Part shown: in pieces, positions 9,687-21,294 of the stretch
How positions within the stretch are numbered: the first letter of the stretch is position 1
Layout: every line of letters begins with the position of its first letter
NCBI GenBank assembly: GCA_949840935.1
Contig: CATKXX010000007.1
Coordinates: 28,070-92,069, forward strand
Source: an uncultured Acetatifactor sp.
GTDB lineage: Bacteria; Bacillota; Clostridia; Lachnospirales; Lachnospiraceae
Direction: 5' to 3'
Length of the DNA stretch: 64,000 bases
The notes under the pieces: model-generated
Seen by the model: only the letters and a program-made list of their open reading frames with translations
Databases searched by the model: none
Told to the model about the DNA's origin: nothing
Made by a program: the position numbers and the translations under genes

Positions 9687-10556
9687 TCAGAACACATCCC
9701 ACCGGCAGTTCTCACATATATGCTCCATAAGCTTTCCCTCGTCCTGTTCCTTTTCAATGCAGTAACATTCATACCAGAAATCGATGCTCTCCTCACGAAG
9801 CTCCGGATACTCTTTCATCAGCTGGAAGAAATACGTGCCCTCCAATCTCCGGGTGGCTTCCTCACCGTCCACATTTTCCCCGGGCGCTATCCGTTCATCC
9901 GCAAGGCGTTCCAGCCGGTGGACAACGTCAAGGCCCCAGAATCTCCAGCGCACAAACCTCTGTGTCCGCCAGCCATCCTGCCCTTTTTCCGCCGTCATCT
10001 TCGCCGCCCGTTCCGCCGCTTTCCTTCTCAGCTCGTCCCGTCTCTCATAAAGGGCATAATTGCCGATGTAATCCTCCGAATGATCCCCCCAGACGCTCAG
10101 GGCCCCGAAATATCCCAGATAAATGACTTTCCCGTCCCTCACCAGGCATTGAAGGCCCTCATCCTCCCACCAGTCACAGCTCCCGGACAGATTGAGAACC
10201 TCTGTTTCAGCAGGATCCGCCGCATCCGCCGGGGGCTTGTCTATATATAACGTCCCAAAGCGGAAATAACGGAGCATCCCCTTCAGGTCATCATGTGGAA
10301 AGGGCTCCCCCTCGCCGTAATACAATTCTCCCACAGAAGTATTCTCCAGCGTATCCCTGAGAAAATATTCCGCGTATCTGCAGATCTGCAGGATCAGGGA
10401 TTCGTCCACTTTCTCCAGATATCCCAGGCATTTTTCCGCATATTCAGGGGATACCCCCTGCCTGCAGATCACATTGATCTCACTGCCAAAATACGGAAAA
10501 AGAGCTGTCCCCTCGATTTGGCCAAATTCATTCTTATAAGGATTCCTTAACCGCAT
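9687..10556 (-). CDS. Hypothetical protein (DUF6985/DUF2004-like N-terminal domain)
   Basis: RBS GGAGG before MRLRNPY; LSGSCDWWEDEGLQCLVRDGKVIYLG resembles the CDWE.EHG...V.YVG motif of that family. Confidence 0.55.
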   Translation of the reverse strand: MRLRNPYKNEFGQIEGTALFPYFGSEINVICRQGVSPEYAEKCLGYLEKVDESLILQICRYAEYFLRDTLENTSVGELYYGEGEPFPHDDLKGMLRYFRFGTLYIDKPPADAADPAETEVLNLSGSCDWWEDEGLQCLVRDGKVIYLGYFGALSVWGDHSEDYIGNYALYERRDELRRKAAERAAKMTAEKGQDGWRTQRFVRWRFWGLDVVHRLERLADERIAPGENVDGEEATRRLEGTYFFQLMKEYPELREESIDFWYECYCIEKEQDEGKLMEHICENCRWDVF

Positions 10557-10626
10557 ACTTCCTCCAGATACCTTTGGCCTGCCGTCCCTGCGGCAGGCGG
10601 CAGCGCCGCACGGCAAATCTGCCACG

Positions 10627-11637
10627 CTATTTTTGCCAGGGAATATCCAGCACCTCTTCCTTCCTGTCCCGGAGCATCAGCTCCTTCACCGCCTGGGCAG
10701 CGCTCTTTCCCTCAAACAGCACCCTGTTCACCTGCTCGATGATGGGCATCTGTATCTGATATTTTTCCGCCAGCTCCATGGCGGCCCGGGCGGAATACAC
10801 GCCCTCCACCACCATCTGCACCTCCGCCATGGCATCCTCGTAGGATCTGCCCTGGCCGATGAGGATACCCGCCCGGCGGTTCCGGGAATGCATGCTGGCG
10901 CAGGTCACGATCAGGTCGCCGATCCCGGTCAGCCCGCAGAAAGTCTCAAACTTGCCGCCCATGGCGATCCCCAGCCTGGCGATCTCCGTAATGCCCCTGG
11001 TGATCAGCGCCGCCTTGGTGTTATCCCCGTAGCCCAGGCCGTCCGCAATCCCTGCTGCCAGCGCCACCACATTCTTCAGGGAGCCGCCCAGCTCCATTCC
11101 CAGCACATCGGGGCTGATATAGACGCGGAACACCTCGTTCATAAACAGGTTCTGGATATACTCCGCCGTAGCCCTGGACTTTGCACCCACCACGATCGTC
11201 GTGGGGATGCCCCGCCCTACCTCCTCCGCATGGGAGGGGCCGGACATGACGGCCACATCCGCCTGGGGGATTTCCTGCTCAATGATCTCCGACAGAGTCA
11301 TCAGGGTATGTTCCTCGATTCCCTTTGCCACATTCAATATCTTCTGCTGCTCTGACACAAGGCTGCTGATACGCTTTGCCGTCTCCCTGGTATAGGCGCT
11401 CGCTACCGCCATCACAAGCAGATCCCTGCCCTCCACAGCTTCCCTCTCATCCGCAGTGAACGTCATATCTTCGGGCAGGAAGACACCGGGCAGCATCTTA
11501 TGCTCGTGCTTCTCCTTAAGCATCTCCACTTCCGCCTCCAGGGCCGACCAGACCGTGATCTCATGCCCGTTCTTATGCAATAATACTGCGATGGCAATTC
11601 CCCAGCTTCCGCCACCAAGAATGGATATTTTCGCCAT
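10627..11637 (-). CDS. gpsA: NAD(P)H-dependent glycerol-3-phosphate dehydrogenase
   Basis: GGGSWG, SGPSHAEEV, KNVVALAAG, GDLIVTCASMHSRN. Confidence 0.96.
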   Translation of the reverse strand: MAKISILGGGSWGIAIAVLLHKNGHEITVWSALEAEVEMLKEKHEHKMLPGVFLPEDMTFTADEREAVEGRDLLVMAVASAYTRETAKRISSLVSEQQKILNVAKGIEEHTLMTLSEIIEQEIPQADVAVMSGPSHAEEVGRGIPTTIVVGAKSRATAEYIQNLFMNEVFRVYISPDVLGMELGGSLKNVVALAAGIADGLGYGDNTKAALITRGITEIARLGIAMGGKFETFCGLTGIGDLIVTCASMHSRNRRAGILIGQGRSYEDAMAEVQMVVEGVYSARAAMELAEKYQIQMPIIEQVNRVLFEGKSAAQAVKELMLRDRKEEVLDIPWQK

Positions 11638-11678
11638 ATTCCCTCTTTTCCGCGCCTGCGCGCTGTTTGATCTCTTTT

Positions 11679-12368
11679 CTATTTTGTCGGAGAATCCTTA
11701 TGTCCGTCTTCCACATCCACCTTATTCTTCTTTGTCAGGTAAGTCTTCCTCTCGTTCCCGTGGAGCAGCCGCACGATATTTTCCCGGTGCTTCCAGTATG
11801 CCATCACCGCCAGCACAAGGGTCAGGGCATACAGCTCATACAGCTGGGCCTGGGACATTCCTGTGAACAGCCCCGACTGTCCGCAGATCACCATCTCGAT
11901 GATCAGCCCGGCATACACCAGAAGGGATCCCAGGGACACATAGTGGGTGGTAAAAAAGATGCCGAAAAAGATCACCACACCCATGACGATAAAATAAGGA
12001 TGGAAAGCCAGGATCAGCCCCGCCGTGGCGGCAATCCCCTTTCCTCCCTTAAATCCAAGATAAAAGGGATAATTATGTCCCAGAATGGCACCCGCCGCAG
12101 CATAAAGCTTCAACAGATAAATGATCTCCGGATGGGAGGCTCCAAACAGGAATTTCACCACCCAGATTGCCGCCATACATTTCAGGCAGTCGCCTGCCAG
12201 CACGATCAGTCCCGCCTTCGTGCCAAGGACGCGCAGCGTATTCGTTGTTCCCGCATTGCCGCTCCCGTGCTGGCGGATGTCGATCCCATGCATCTTCCCA
12301 TAAAAATACGCTGTCTGAAACAATCCAAAGGCATAGCCGATCAACAGACAAATGATTCTTTCCATCAC
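11679..12368 (-). CDS. plsY: Glycerol-3-phosphate acyltransferase PlsY
   Basis: [35 protein letters not shown]. Confidence 0.95.
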   Translation of the reverse strand: MMERIICLLIGYAFGLFQTAYFYGKMHGIDIRQHGSGNAGTTNTLRVLGTKAGLIVLAGDCLKCMAAIWVVKFLFGASHPEIIYLLKLYAAAGAILGHNYPFYLGFKGGKGIAATAGLILAFHPYFIVMGVVIFFGIFFTTHYVSLGSLLVYAGLIIEMVICGQSGLFTGMSQAQLYELYALTLVLAVMAYWKHRENIVRLLHGNERKTYLTKKNKVDVEDGHKDSPTK

Positions 12369-13705
12369 TGCTCCTTCTCCTTTCGTTCCCTGATGATAAA
12401 CCGGAGAGGCGTTCCCCTGAAACCGAAGGTTTCCCTGATCTGGTTTTCAATATATCTCGTATAGGAAAAGTGCATCAGCTCCCTGTCATTCACGAAAATA
12501 ACAAAAGTAGGCGGCTTTACGGACACCTGTGTAATGTAATACAGGCGCAGGCGCTTTCCCTTGTCGGAGGGAGGCTGCTGCATCATCACCGCCTCCGCCA
12601 TGATCTCATTCAGCACCCCCGTTGCCACGCGCATGGCATGGTTCTCGCTCACCATGTCAATGGTCTCGAAGAGCTTCTTAAGACGCTGTCCCGTCAGCGC
12701 CGACACAAAGAGGATCTCCGCATAAGGCATATAGGAAAGGACAGTCCTCACCTTCTCGGTAAAGCGGTAGATCGTCTTGTCGTCTTTTTCCACCGCATCC
12801 CATTTATTTACGGCAATGATGACGGCCTTTCCCCTGTCATGGGCAATCCCTGCAATCTTGGCATCCTGCTCCGTGACGCCCTCCAACGCGTCGATTACCA
12901 GCACCACCACCTCCGCACGCTCCACAGCGCTGACGGTACGGATGATCATATACCGCTCCAATTCCTCTTTTACCTTATTCTTGCGGCGCAGGCCCGCGGT
13001 GTCAATGAACACATATTCCTTTCCGTTCCAGGTAATCTCCGTGTCCACCGCATCCCTGGTAGTTCCCGCAATGTCCGAGACGATCAGGCGGTTTTCCCCC
13101 AGAAGCTTGTTGATCAGGGAAGATTTGCCTACATTGGGCTTTCCCACGATGGCTACCCTGGGGCGGTCATCCTCCTCATCGCCGGCCTCTGCATCCCCGA
13201 AATAGGTGATCACCTCATCCAGCATATCCCCCAGCCCCATTCGGTTCACTGCGGAGATGGGATGCGGCTCTCCTATCCCCAGGTTATAGAATTCATAGAC
13301 ATCCGCCATATATTTGTCAAAGCTGTCCACCTTGTTGACTGCCAGCACCACAGGCTTACGGGAACGGCGCAGCATGTCCGCCACCTTGGAATCCGCGTCC
13401 ACCAGCCCCTGCTTCACGTCCACCAGGAAAATGATGACATCTGCCGTCTCCATGGCAATCTCCGCCTGCTCCCTCATCTGGGACAGGATAACATCCTTGC
13501 TGTCCGGCTCAATGCCCCCTGTGTCGATCAGGGTGAAATCCCTGTCCAGCCAGGACACATCCGCGTAAATGCGATCCCTGGTGATGCCGGGTGTATCCTT
13601 TACAATGGAGATCCTCTCTCCCGCCAGCGCATTGAACAGAGTGGACTTCCCCACATTGGGCCTTCCCACCACTGCTACAATGGGCTTATTTTTCTTTTCA
13701 GCCAT
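12365..13705 (-). CDS. der: Ribosome biogenesis GTPase Der (EngA)
   Basis: Two GTPase domains ([24 protein letters not shown]), C-terminal KH-like domain. Confidence 0.97.
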   Translation of the reverse strand: MAEKKNKPIVAVVGRPNVGKSTLFNALAGERISIVKDTPGITRDRIYADVSWLDRDFTLIDTGGIEPDSKDVILSQMREQAEIAMETADVIIFLVDVKQGLVDADSKVADMLRRSRKPVVLAVNKVDSFDKYMADVYEFYNLGIGEPHPISAVNRMGLGDMLDEVITYFGDAEAGDEEDDRPRVAIVGKPNVGKSSLINKLLGENRLIVSDIAGTTRDAVDTEITWNGKEYVFIDTAGLRRKNKVKEELERYMIIRTVSAVERAEVVVLVIDALEGVTEQDAKIAGIAHDRGKAVIIAVNKWDAVEKDDKTIYRFTEKVRTVLSYMPYAEILFVSALTGQRLKKLFETIDMVSENHAMRVATGVLNEIMAEAVMMQQPPSDKGKRLRLYYITQVSVKPPTFVIFVNDRELMHFSYTRYIENQIRETFGFRGTPLRFIIRERKEKEQ

Positions 13706-15080
13706 TCCTTCCTCCTGTCTGTTCCTTTTCCTGCTGATTGTGCGGACGACGTCCTAATATCGCGTCCACAAAGTCATATCCGCTTGATTTTACAATATTA
13801 ACCGGTACTTGTAAAGCATTTTCCACGTCCCCCACATGAAGGTCGTCCAGGAATACATCCTCCCCGCTGCGCAGGATATTCTCCGGCAGAAGCAGCCTGC
13901 TGCCCAGCTGTTTCCCTTTTAACTGGGCTACGAGATCCCGGCCGGTGATCAATCCCGATACCGTGATCCTCTCCCCGAAAAAATGATTGACGACCGGATA
14001 CACATGCACCCTGATATTGGGGTAAGCCAATCTCATCTCCTCCGCCATCCTCTTTATATATGGATACGCAAGCAGCCCTGTAGCCAGGGACATTTCCCCC
14101 CGGGGGCCAGGGTTGGGAAAGCCTTCTTCCACCCTTCTGCGCTCCATGGCATCCGTAAATTCATTTATCAGGAGCCGGAGCATCCCCACACCGTTTTCCA
14201 GCTGCAGGTATCCGTCGTACCTTTCCTCCTCCGGCATCTCCATACCCGCCAGAATGTACCATTCATCGCTTGCATGGACAAAGTGTATCCCGTATTTATC
14301 ATAGCACTCCCTCTGATATCTTTCAATCAGCGCGATGACTTCTTCCGCGTCCTCCCTCTCGAAGGGCTTAAGAGGGTATAACCCCTCCCGGTATTTTGAA
14401 AGCCCCACCGGCACCACGGACACGCTCTCCAGGTTCGGGATATATTTCATCAGCTCCGTGATGCTGTACTCCAGCTCCTTTCCGTCGTTCAGCCCCCTGC
14501 AGAGGACGATCTGGCCGTTCATGCGGATTCCCGCTTCCATCAGCCTGTCCACCTTTTTCAGCGCCTCACCCGCGAACCGATTGTTCAGCATCTTACAGCG
14601 GAGCTCGGGATTCATGGTATGAAATGATATATTGATAGGCGAAAGATGATACCGGCATATCCTGTCAATGTCATGCTCTGACATATTGGTGAGCGTCACA
14701 TAATTCCCCTGCAGGAAGGACAGCCTGGAATCATCATCCTTAAAATACAGCGTATCCCTCATGCCCGGCGGCATCTGGTCTATAAAGCAGAATACACACT
14801 TGTTACGGCAGTGGCGGTACTCGTCCATAAGGCCGTTCTCAAACTCGATCCCGATGTCCTCGTCAGCCTCCTTGTCCACCTCCAGGAGCCACTGTTCCCC
14901 GTCCGGCTTCCTCACAAGCATCTCAATATAGGAGTCCTGTACCAGGAACTGATAATCAAAGATATCCTCTATCTCCGTATCGTTGATGGCGATCAGCCTG
15001 TCCCCCGGCTCCATTCTCATCTCTTCCGCAATACTGCCGGGGAAGACTGACTTAATAACATGCTCCTTCTGCATAACCAC
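13698..15080 (-). CDS. PDZ/DUF512 radical-SAM-like Fe-S protein
   Basis: [33 protein letters not shown]; conserved upstream of der. Confidence 0.9.
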   Translation of the reverse strand: MVMQKEHVIKSVFPGSIAEEMRMEPGDRLIAINDTEIEDIFDYQFLVQDSYIEMLVRKPDGEQWLLEVDKEADEDIGIEFENGLMDEYRHCRNKCVFCFIDQMPPGMRDTLYFKDDDSRLSFLQGNYVTLTNMSEHDIDRICRYHLSPINISFHTMNPELRCKMLNNRFAGEALKKVDRLMEAGIRMNGQIVLCRGLNDGKELEYSITELMKYIPNLESVSVVPVGLSKYREGLYPLKPFEREDAEEVIALIERYQRECYDKYGIHFVHASDEWYILAGMEMPEEERYDGYLQLENGVGMLRLLINEFTDAMERRRVEEGFPNPGPRGEMSLATGLLAYPYIKRMAEEMRLAYPNIRVHVYPVVNHFFGERITVSGLITGRDLVAQLKGKQLGSRLLLPENILRSGEDVFLDDLHVGDVENALQVPVNIVKSSGYDFVDAILGRRPHNQQEKEQTGGRNG

Positions 15081-15138
15081 ACTCCATTCCGAATACCTTT
15101 TATATTCTTACCTATATTTTAATTTAACCATAAATTTC

Positions 15139-15167
15139 TTGACGTGTCACTAGCATAATGTTATAAA
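15139..15167 (+). promoter_or_regulatory. Putative sigmaA promoter for prs
   Basis: TTGACG-N17-TATAAA with TG extension. Confidence 0.6.
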
Positions 15168-15209
15168 ATAAATGTAGTCAAACGCATTCCATTACATCTG
15201 GAGGTTACT

Positions 15210-16400
15210 ATGCCTAATTTACGCGAATTGGAAAACGCCATGCCTGTGGCCCCGTTAAAGATCGTAGTCCTGCCCTCAGCGGCAAATATGGGGCGCCGGG
15301 TCAACAGATACATGGTGGAATTCCGCAAGAACGTCCACAATGATAAAGTAAAGAGCGACCCGGCTTTCCACGGGTACATCGAAGATGATTATCTGGTAAA
15401 CATTTCCACCCCCCGCTTCGGGACAGGGGAGGCGAAGGCTGTCCTGGGGGAATCCATACGAGGCAAAGACCTGTTCCTGCTGGTGGATGTCTGCAATCAC
15501 AGTATTACCTATGAGCTCAACGGCTATATCAACCATATGTCCCCTGACGACCATTACCAGGATTTAAAGCGCGTCATTTCCGCATGTAACGGCAAGGCCC
15601 ACCGCATCAATGTGATCATGCCCTTTTTATACGAGGGGAGGCAGCACAAGAGGAACGGCAGGGAATCCCTGGACTGCGCTTATGCGCTGGAGGAACTGCG
15701 GGATATGGGAATCAGCAATTTTATAACCTTTGACGCCCATGACCCCAGGGTACAGAATGCCGTCCCCCTGAACGGCTTTGATAATTTTACCCCTCCCTAC
15801 CAATTCATCAAGTCGCTCCTCAACAGCGAGGACGACCTGATTGTGGACAAGGAGCATCTCCTTGTGATCAGCCCCGATGAGGGCGCGCTGGACCGGGCAA
15901 TCTACTTTGCCACAGTCCTGGGTGTTGACACCGGGATGTTCTATAAACGCCGCGACTATTCCACCATGGTAAACGGGAAGAACCCCATTGTGGCGCATGA
16001 ATTTCTGGGGGACAATATCGACGGCAAGGATATCATCATCATTGACGATATGATCTCCTCCGGGGGAAGTATGCTGGACACAGCCAGGCAGCTGAAGGAA
16101 ATGAACGCGCGCAGGGTGTTCATCTGCTGTACCTTCGGGCTCTTTACCGACGGGCTGGGAGCCTTTGACGCGGCGTACGAGCAGGGGTATTTTGATAAGG
16201 TCGTCACCACCGACCTGACTTATCTCCCCCCGGAATTATACAGCAGGCCGTACTTCATCGAGGCTGATATGAGCAAATTCATTGCCTCCCTGATCGACTT
16301 CATGAATCACGACGTATCGCTCAACAATGCGCTGGCTACCACGGAAAAGATTCAGGATATCGTAGAGGCATACAATAACAGGATAATGCTGCCGCTCTGA
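15210..16400 (+). CDS. prs: Ribose-phosphate pyrophosphokinase
   Basis: RFGTGE, MPFLYEGRQH, ISPDEGA, IIIDDMISSGGS PRPP-binding loop. Confidence 0.93.
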   Translation: MPNLRELENAMPVAPLKIVVLPSAANMGRRVNRYMVEFRKNVHNDKVKSDPAFHGYIEDDYLVNISTPRFGTGEAKAVLGESIRGKDLFLLVDVCNHSITYELNGYINHMSPDDHYQDLKRVISACNGKAHRINVIMPFLYEGRQHKRNGRESLDCAYALEELRDMGISNFITFDAHDPRVQNAVPLNGFDNFTPPYQFIKSLLNSEDDLIVDKEHLLVISPDEGALDRAIYFATVLGVDTGMFYKRRDYSTMVNGKNPIVAHEFLGDNIDGKDIIIIDDMISSGGSMLDTARQLKEMNARRVFICCTFGLFTDGLGAFDAAYEQGYFDKVVTTDLTYLPPELYSRPYFIEADMSKFIASLIDFMNHDVSLNNALATTEKIQDIVEAYNNRIMLPL

Positions 16401-16416
16401 CAGGGGCAGAATAATG

Positions 16417-16445
16417 AAAAGGCCCCGCGCTCACACGCGGGGCCT
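16417..16445 (-). terminator. Intrinsic terminator between convergent prs and histidine kinase
   Basis: 10-bp stem AGGCCCCGCG/CGCGGGGCCT, 6-nt loop, T-tract on minus strand. Confidence 0.75.
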
Positions 16446-16456
16446 GCATTTCGGGA

Positions 16457-19213
16457 TCAGCCTGTCTCCGTACTCTCCGGGTCTGCCGGACCGTCTTCTT
16501 CCTCCACATACTCCGGGAATTCCAGCACTACCTTAAACAGATCCCCGTCCAGGAATATCTGGAAGCTCCCTCCCTGTACCTGCACCAGGCTCTGGGCGAT
16601 GGAAAGCCCCAGCCCGCTGCCCTCCGTGGATCTGGCAGAATCTCCCCGAATAAAGCGTTCCGTCAATTCCTCCGGGCGGATGTTCATCTGCTGCTTGGAA
16701 ATATTCTTGACCGAAACCTCTATCCGTCCGTCCTCCACCCTGAGATCCACATATACCCTGGTTCCCTCCAGAGCATATTTACAGATATTGTTAAACAGAT
16801 TCTCCACTACCCGCCACATCCTGCGGCTGTCCGCATAGATATAAGCGGGGGCGCTGTCATTCTCAAATATCACCTGCAGCTTCTGTTCCTCCAGCTTCTC
16901 GGAAAATTCGCCGAGGCTCTGGTTGATCAGCTCTGTCAGATTCAGCTTCTCCCTGTTCAGCACAATATTGCCGGAGGATATCTTGGACGCCTCCACCAGG
17001 TCATCCGTCAGCTGTTTCAGCCGCTGGGCCTTGTTGTCCAGGATACCGATATAACTCTTTGCAGGCTCCTGCTCTATCTTCAGCCGTTTCAGCAGGTCTA
17101 CATAATTGATGATGGAAGTCAGCGGCGTCTTGATATCATGAGAGACATTGGTGATCAGATCCGTCTTCATCTGCTCGTCCTTCATGCTTGTCTTCACCGC
17201 TTTCCGGATGCCCTCGCCAATATTGTTCACGGCATCCGCCATCTCCCTGCTGGCGCCATGCAGGTTATCCGTGGTCAGCTTAAAGTCCACCTCGCCGTCG
17301 CGGATCCGTCTGATCCCCTCCTCGATCTCCACCTGCTCCGCGCTGCGCTTGAACATCACCACTCCCACAATGCCGTCAAACAGGATGATGCCTGCCAGAA
17401 TCAGCCCTGCCGCCACCCGGTCAGTGCGGAAACTGTAAACGGAAATCACTCCGATCAGGTTGGCAAACAGAAAGAGGTTATAAGGGATCAGGGTGCTGAT
17501 CACAGAATTTCTGTGACGGAAAACGAATATTGTCGTATTGCGGATTCCCACGCACAGGCGATGCAGCAGGCTGTCCGTCCACAGGTTCCCGTATCTTAAC
17601 CTCCTGACCAGGCTGTGCCAGATCAGGCTGAAGGCCGCGCTGACATAGAACCCGTACACCGCAAACACTCCGTAGCGGTACAGCCTGGTCAGCTGTATCC
17701 CCCACATTTCCGAGGGAATCACTCCCTCCGTCCCGCTCATCCCCTTGAGTGTCCGGTATCCCAGCCAGCCGCAGAAGGCCAGCCCTGACGCCAGCAGGAG
17801 GCTCACTTCCGTCCACAGCCGGTCAAACCGGTTCAATGTCTGAATCCTCTCGCCCTCCCCGTTTACAGAGACGCCGTCCGTAACCGTCAGATAAAGGCCA
17901 AGGCACAGCCAGACCGCTGCCAGCACAATGATGCCTGCGATGACCCTGCCCACATTGGGCACCACTCTGTTATAGACCGCTCCCGCATTGTAGAAGGCGT
18001 CCCCGCTCACACCATAGCCGGTATCGATGCCCAGCCAGATATGGGTGGTATCAGGATAAGCGTAATCATAGACACTGATATACTCATCGATCTCCTCCTC
18101 GCTGAGGATCGTATTTCCCATAAATACGAGGTCGTCAGGATAATAAATCAGATACCGCCTGTACTCGGAGAAGAATTCCGTTACCGTATTGTCCTCCATT
18201 TCCGCAAGCTCTGACACATTGGTGTAAGTACACATGCCCTCGTCCGTCATCATGCGAATCATGTATTTTATATTGCTGTTCCCTTCCTTATAGGCGGCAT
18301 TGCATACCTGATAGCGCTGATAATTCAGTGTAAGCTGCTGTACGGACGCCACCACATTGTCCTGGAGCTTCAGATAGTCCACCCAGTTATCCGCACAGGA
18401 CAGAAGCAGCTTTTCCCCGTCCGTGGTTTCATATCGGCAGTTTAAGAGGCTTAAGGAGATGGACTGTTTCCCATCGTCCTCCCTGGACGTCCGGATCCCG
18501 TCGATATCCTGGGCCACGATATAAGCGAATACCATATCCTCCAGCTCGGCCTCCGAATACCGGTCGAACTCCATCTGGAGCTGTTCCTGCTCCGCACTGC
18601 TTTCGGGGCCAATGTCCGTCCTCTCCCCGTCCGTCCCGCCTGCTCCGTTCTCCGCAGCAGTTCCTTCCTCCCCCGCCGCGTCCTCCTCGTTCTCTTTCAC
18701 CACCTTGTGAAAGCCCTCAAAGCGGAGCTGCCCGAACTGGTCGAGCCCGAAATTTTCCACAAAGATCACATTGCCGAAATAATTGACGAATTCCGTCATC
18801 CCCATGATACGGTCGCTGTATTCCACACCGTATTTTCCCCATTTGATCAGATCGTCCAGCTCATAGACGGCTGTAAGCGGGCATCCGTTGTCCTCGCCCA
18901 CCTGTGCCGCGTATGCGGTCACGTCCACCTTCTTGGAGGGATCAAAGAAGCCCTCCGTCTCCAGCTGTCCCTTGATCATCACCAGCTGGGTAATGTCCGA
19001 CACCGCGCTGCGGAACAGATCGTGGAAGACCTCCGACTCCTCGAACTCCTGATCTGACTCAAAAGGGAAAATCTTATATATCCGGGTTCCGTTGATGGAT
19101 TCTACTTCCACATAGGAATTCAGCAGGATGCCTGCCACCGCTGTCAGGATGACAGCCGCCAGGAAATGCTGCAGCAGGCTGATGCAGCATCTCTTTAATG
19201 TGGTCTTCTTCAT
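16457..19213 (-). CDS. Membrane sensor histidine kinase with large extracytoplasmic domain
   Basis: H-box NVSHDIKTPLT, N-box ENLFNNICKY, G2 GSGLGLSI; multiple TM helices. Confidence 0.93.
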   Translation of the reverse strand: MKKTTLKRCCISLLQHFLAAVILTAVAGILLNSYVEVESINGTRIYKIFPFESDQEFEESEVFHDLFRSAVSDITQLVMIKGQLETEGFFDPSKKVDVTAYAAQVGEDNGCPLTAVYELDDLIKWGKYGVEYSDRIMGMTEFVNYFGNVIFVENFGLDQFGQLRFEGFHKVVKENEEDAAGEEGTAAENGAGGTDGERTDIGPESSAEQEQLQMEFDRYSEAELEDMVFAYIVAQDIDGIRTSREDDGKQSISLSLLNCRYETTDGEKLLLSCADNWVDYLKLQDNVVASVQQLTLNYQRYQVCNAAYKEGNSNIKYMIRMMTDEGMCTYTNVSELAEMEDNTVTEFFSEYRRYLIYYPDDLVFMGNTILSEEEIDEYISVYDYAYPDTTHIWLGIDTGYGVSGDAFYNAGAVYNRVVPNVGRVIAGIIVLAAVWLCLGLYLTVTDGVSVNGEGERIQTLNRFDRLWTEVSLLLASGLAFCGWLGYRTLKGMSGTEGVIPSEMWGIQLTRLYRYGVFAVYGFYVSAAFSLIWHSLVRRLRYGNLWTDSLLHRLCVGIRNTTIFVFRHRNSVISTLIPYNLFLFANLIGVISVYSFRTDRVAAGLILAGIILFDGIVGVVMFKRSAEQVEIEEGIRRIRDGEVDFKLTTDNLHGASREMADAVNNIGEGIRKAVKTSMKDEQMKTDLITNVSHDIKTPLTSIINYVDLLKRLKIEQEPAKSYIGILDNKAQRLKQLTDDLVEASKISSGNIVLNREKLNLTELINQSLGEFSEKLEEQKLQVIFENDSAPAYIYADSRRMWRVVENLFNNICKYALEGTRVYVDLRVEDGRIEVSVKNISKQQMNIRPEELTERFIRGDSARSTEGSGLGLSIAQSLVQVQGGSFQIFLDGDLFKVVLEFPEYVEEEDGPADPESTETG

Positions 19214-19226
19214 ATTCCTCCGATTT

Positions 19227-19919
19227 CTACTGCTTGTCTATCTTATATCCCACTCCCCAGACCACCTTTAAGTATCGGGGCTCCTTGGGGTTGATCTCTA
19301 TCTTCTCCCTGATATGCCTGATATGGACGGCCACCGTATTGTCCGCGCCTATGGCATTTTCGTTCCAGATGCTCTCATAAATCTGGTCGATGGAAAACAC
19401 CCTTCCCTGGTTCTTGACCAGCAGTAACAGGATATTGTACTCGATGGGCGTCATCTTTACCGGCTCGTCATCCACCGTCACCTGCTTCGTCTCGTCATTG
19501 ATCACAAGCCCCCCCACCTGATAGACAGCCTTATTATCCATGTTAAGACTGCCCAGGGAGGTATAGCGGCGCAGGTTGGATTTCACCCTGGCTGCCAGCT
19601 CCAGAGGATTAAAGGGCTTTGTGATATAATCATCCGCACCGATGTTCAGCCCCAGTATCTTGTCCGTATCCTCGGATTTCGCCGACAGGATGATAATGGG
19701 GATGCTGCTGTATTCCCTTATCTTCAGGGTGGCGCGTATGCCGTCCAGCTTCGGCATCATGATGTCCATGATCAGAAGCTGGATATCCTCCTTCTTCATC
19801 AGCTCTATGGCCTGCTCTCCGTCGTATGCCTTAAAAATCCGATATCCGTCCTGGCTCAGATATATTTCAATGGCATCCACTATTTCCTTATCATCATCAC
19901 AAACCAGAATATTTGCCAT
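19227..19919 (-). CDS. OmpR-family response regulator
   Basis: VCDDD, MDIMMP, GADDYITKPF, TVAVHIRHIREKIE, VWGVGY. Confidence 0.95.
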   Translation of the reverse strand: MANILVCDDDKEIVDAIEIYLSQDGYRIFKAYDGEQAIELMKKEDIQLLIMDIMMPKLDGIRATLKIREYSSIPIIILSAKSEDTDKILGLNIGADDYITKPFNPLELAARVKSNLRRYTSLGSLNMDNKAVYQVGGLVINDETKQVTVDDEPVKMTPIEYNILLLLVKNQGRVFSIDQIYESIWNENAIGADNTVAVHIRHIREKIEINPKEPRYLKVVWGVGYKIDKQ

Positions 19920-20026
19920 AACTGTTTTCCCATCTCCTGTCTGCATTTACTCTGACCGGCCCCAGCCACAGATACATTAAATCAAAACTTTTTTAATAGT
20001 TCAAGGGGATTTTTATGAATATTTCC

Positions 20027-20905
20027 TTAAACTGCTTTCAGCATAAGGAATACCCCCAGATTTCCCCTGCGCCCGCCGCTGCCCCTGTGGGAAAACAGAT
20101 AGGCGCTGTTATGGCAGGTACAGACGTCCGTGACAGATATATTTCCCGCCGGAATCCCCGCTTCCTCCAGGATCCGCCGGTTGGCAAGCCACAGATCCAG
20201 CTGATATTTCCCCTCAGCCTTCCCCTGCGTCACAATCCCGCCGCATCGTTCCCTTCCGCCGAATCCCTGCCAGAACTGTTCCGCCACCTCAAGGCCAACC
20301 TCATAGCAGTCCCGGCAGATAGAAGGGCCTATGGCAGCGATCATTTCCGGGGGCCTGCTGCCAAACGCATCCGCCATAGCCTCCATCATACGTTCCCCCA
20401 TACGGTTTACCGTGCCCCTCCAGCCGGAATGGGCAAGCCCGATGGCCCTATGTACCGGATCCAGAAAGAGCAGGGGCACACAGTCCGCGTAGAATGTCAC
20501 CAGCGCGATCCCACTTTCGTCGGTCATCAGCCCGTCAATATCCTCATAATTCCGCGGCAGCACTACGCCCTTTCCCCGGTCTGCCGCCGTGACACGGCGG
20601 ATATTTACCGTATGCGTCTGATGGGACGCCGCCATGTCCTCCGGCCCGCAGCCCAGCACCCTTCCGATCCGGCGGAAATTTTCCAATACATTTTCTTCCC
20701 TGTCACCCCGCGTAAAGCTGAGATTCATGGAGGCCAGCTCCCCCTCGCTGACACCTCCCAGGCGGGTGGTGATCAAATGCTCCACCAGGCCGCTCGCCTC
20801 AAAGGAAGGAAAGGTGAGATATTCCAGCTCCTGCCCGCTTTCCCCCAGAGTGACACAGTGCTGCCTTACCACCCTGCTTTTCCCCGTGCGTACGATCTGA
20901 TACAT
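20027..20905 (-). CDS. pgeF: Peptidoglycan editing factor / purine nucleoside phosphorylase PgeF (YlmD/YfiH)
   Basis: TTRLGGVS, QTH, ADCVP, HSGWRG, IGPSIC, FSHR; start at MYQIVRT behind AAGGGAG. Confidence 0.9.
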   Translation of the reverse strand: MYQIVRTGKSRVVRQHCVTLGESGQELEYLTFPSFEASGLVEHLITTRLGGVSEGELASMNLSFTRGDREENVLENFRRIGRVLGCGPEDMAASHQTHTVNIRRVTAADRGKGVVLPRNYEDIDGLMTDESGIALVTFYADCVPLLFLDPVHRAIGLAHSGWRGTVNRMGERMMEAMADAFGSRPPEMIAAIGPSICRDCYEVGLEVAEQFWQGFGGRERCGGIVTQGKAEGKYQLDLWLANRRILEEAGIPAGNISVTDVCTCHNSAYLFSHRGSGGRRGNLGVFLMLKAV

Positions 20906-20933
20906 ACATTGTCTCCCTTCGTCCAAACCCGCA

Positions 20934-21290
20934 TCAGGAATAGATATGCTGAAACGCATTTTGTATCCAGCAAAGCTCTGTCCCCTGTACTGCCACCACA
21001 TCATAGCGCACAGGGCAGTCATCCCCCAGGCGGTGCAAATATCTGTAATAATCCGCAACCCTGCAGATCCTGTGCTGTTTCCGGAAATCCACCGCCTCCG
21101 GCGCGCTGCCGGATTCCGCCGTGCGGCGGTATTTTACCTCCGTAAACACCAGATAGCCTTCATGATACCCGATAATGTCGATCTCACCCTGCCTGCACCG
21201 GAAATTGCGCTCCCGAATGTTCATTCCCCGGGATGCGAGATATTCCGCCGCCAGCGTCTCCCTGTCCGCTCCTGTCTCTCTGTTATTCAA
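20934..21290 (-). CDS. yraN: YraN-family (UPF0102) endonuclease-like protein
   Basis: RNFRCRQGEIDII, FTEVKYR, RYDVV. Confidence 0.92.
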   Translation of the reverse strand: MNNRETGADRETLAAEYLASRGMNIRERNFRCRQGEIDIIGYHEGYLVFTEVKYRRTAESGSAPEAVDFRKQHRICRVADYYRYLHRLGDDCPVRYDVVAVQGTELCWIQNAFQHIYS

Positions 21291-21294
21291 TGAA

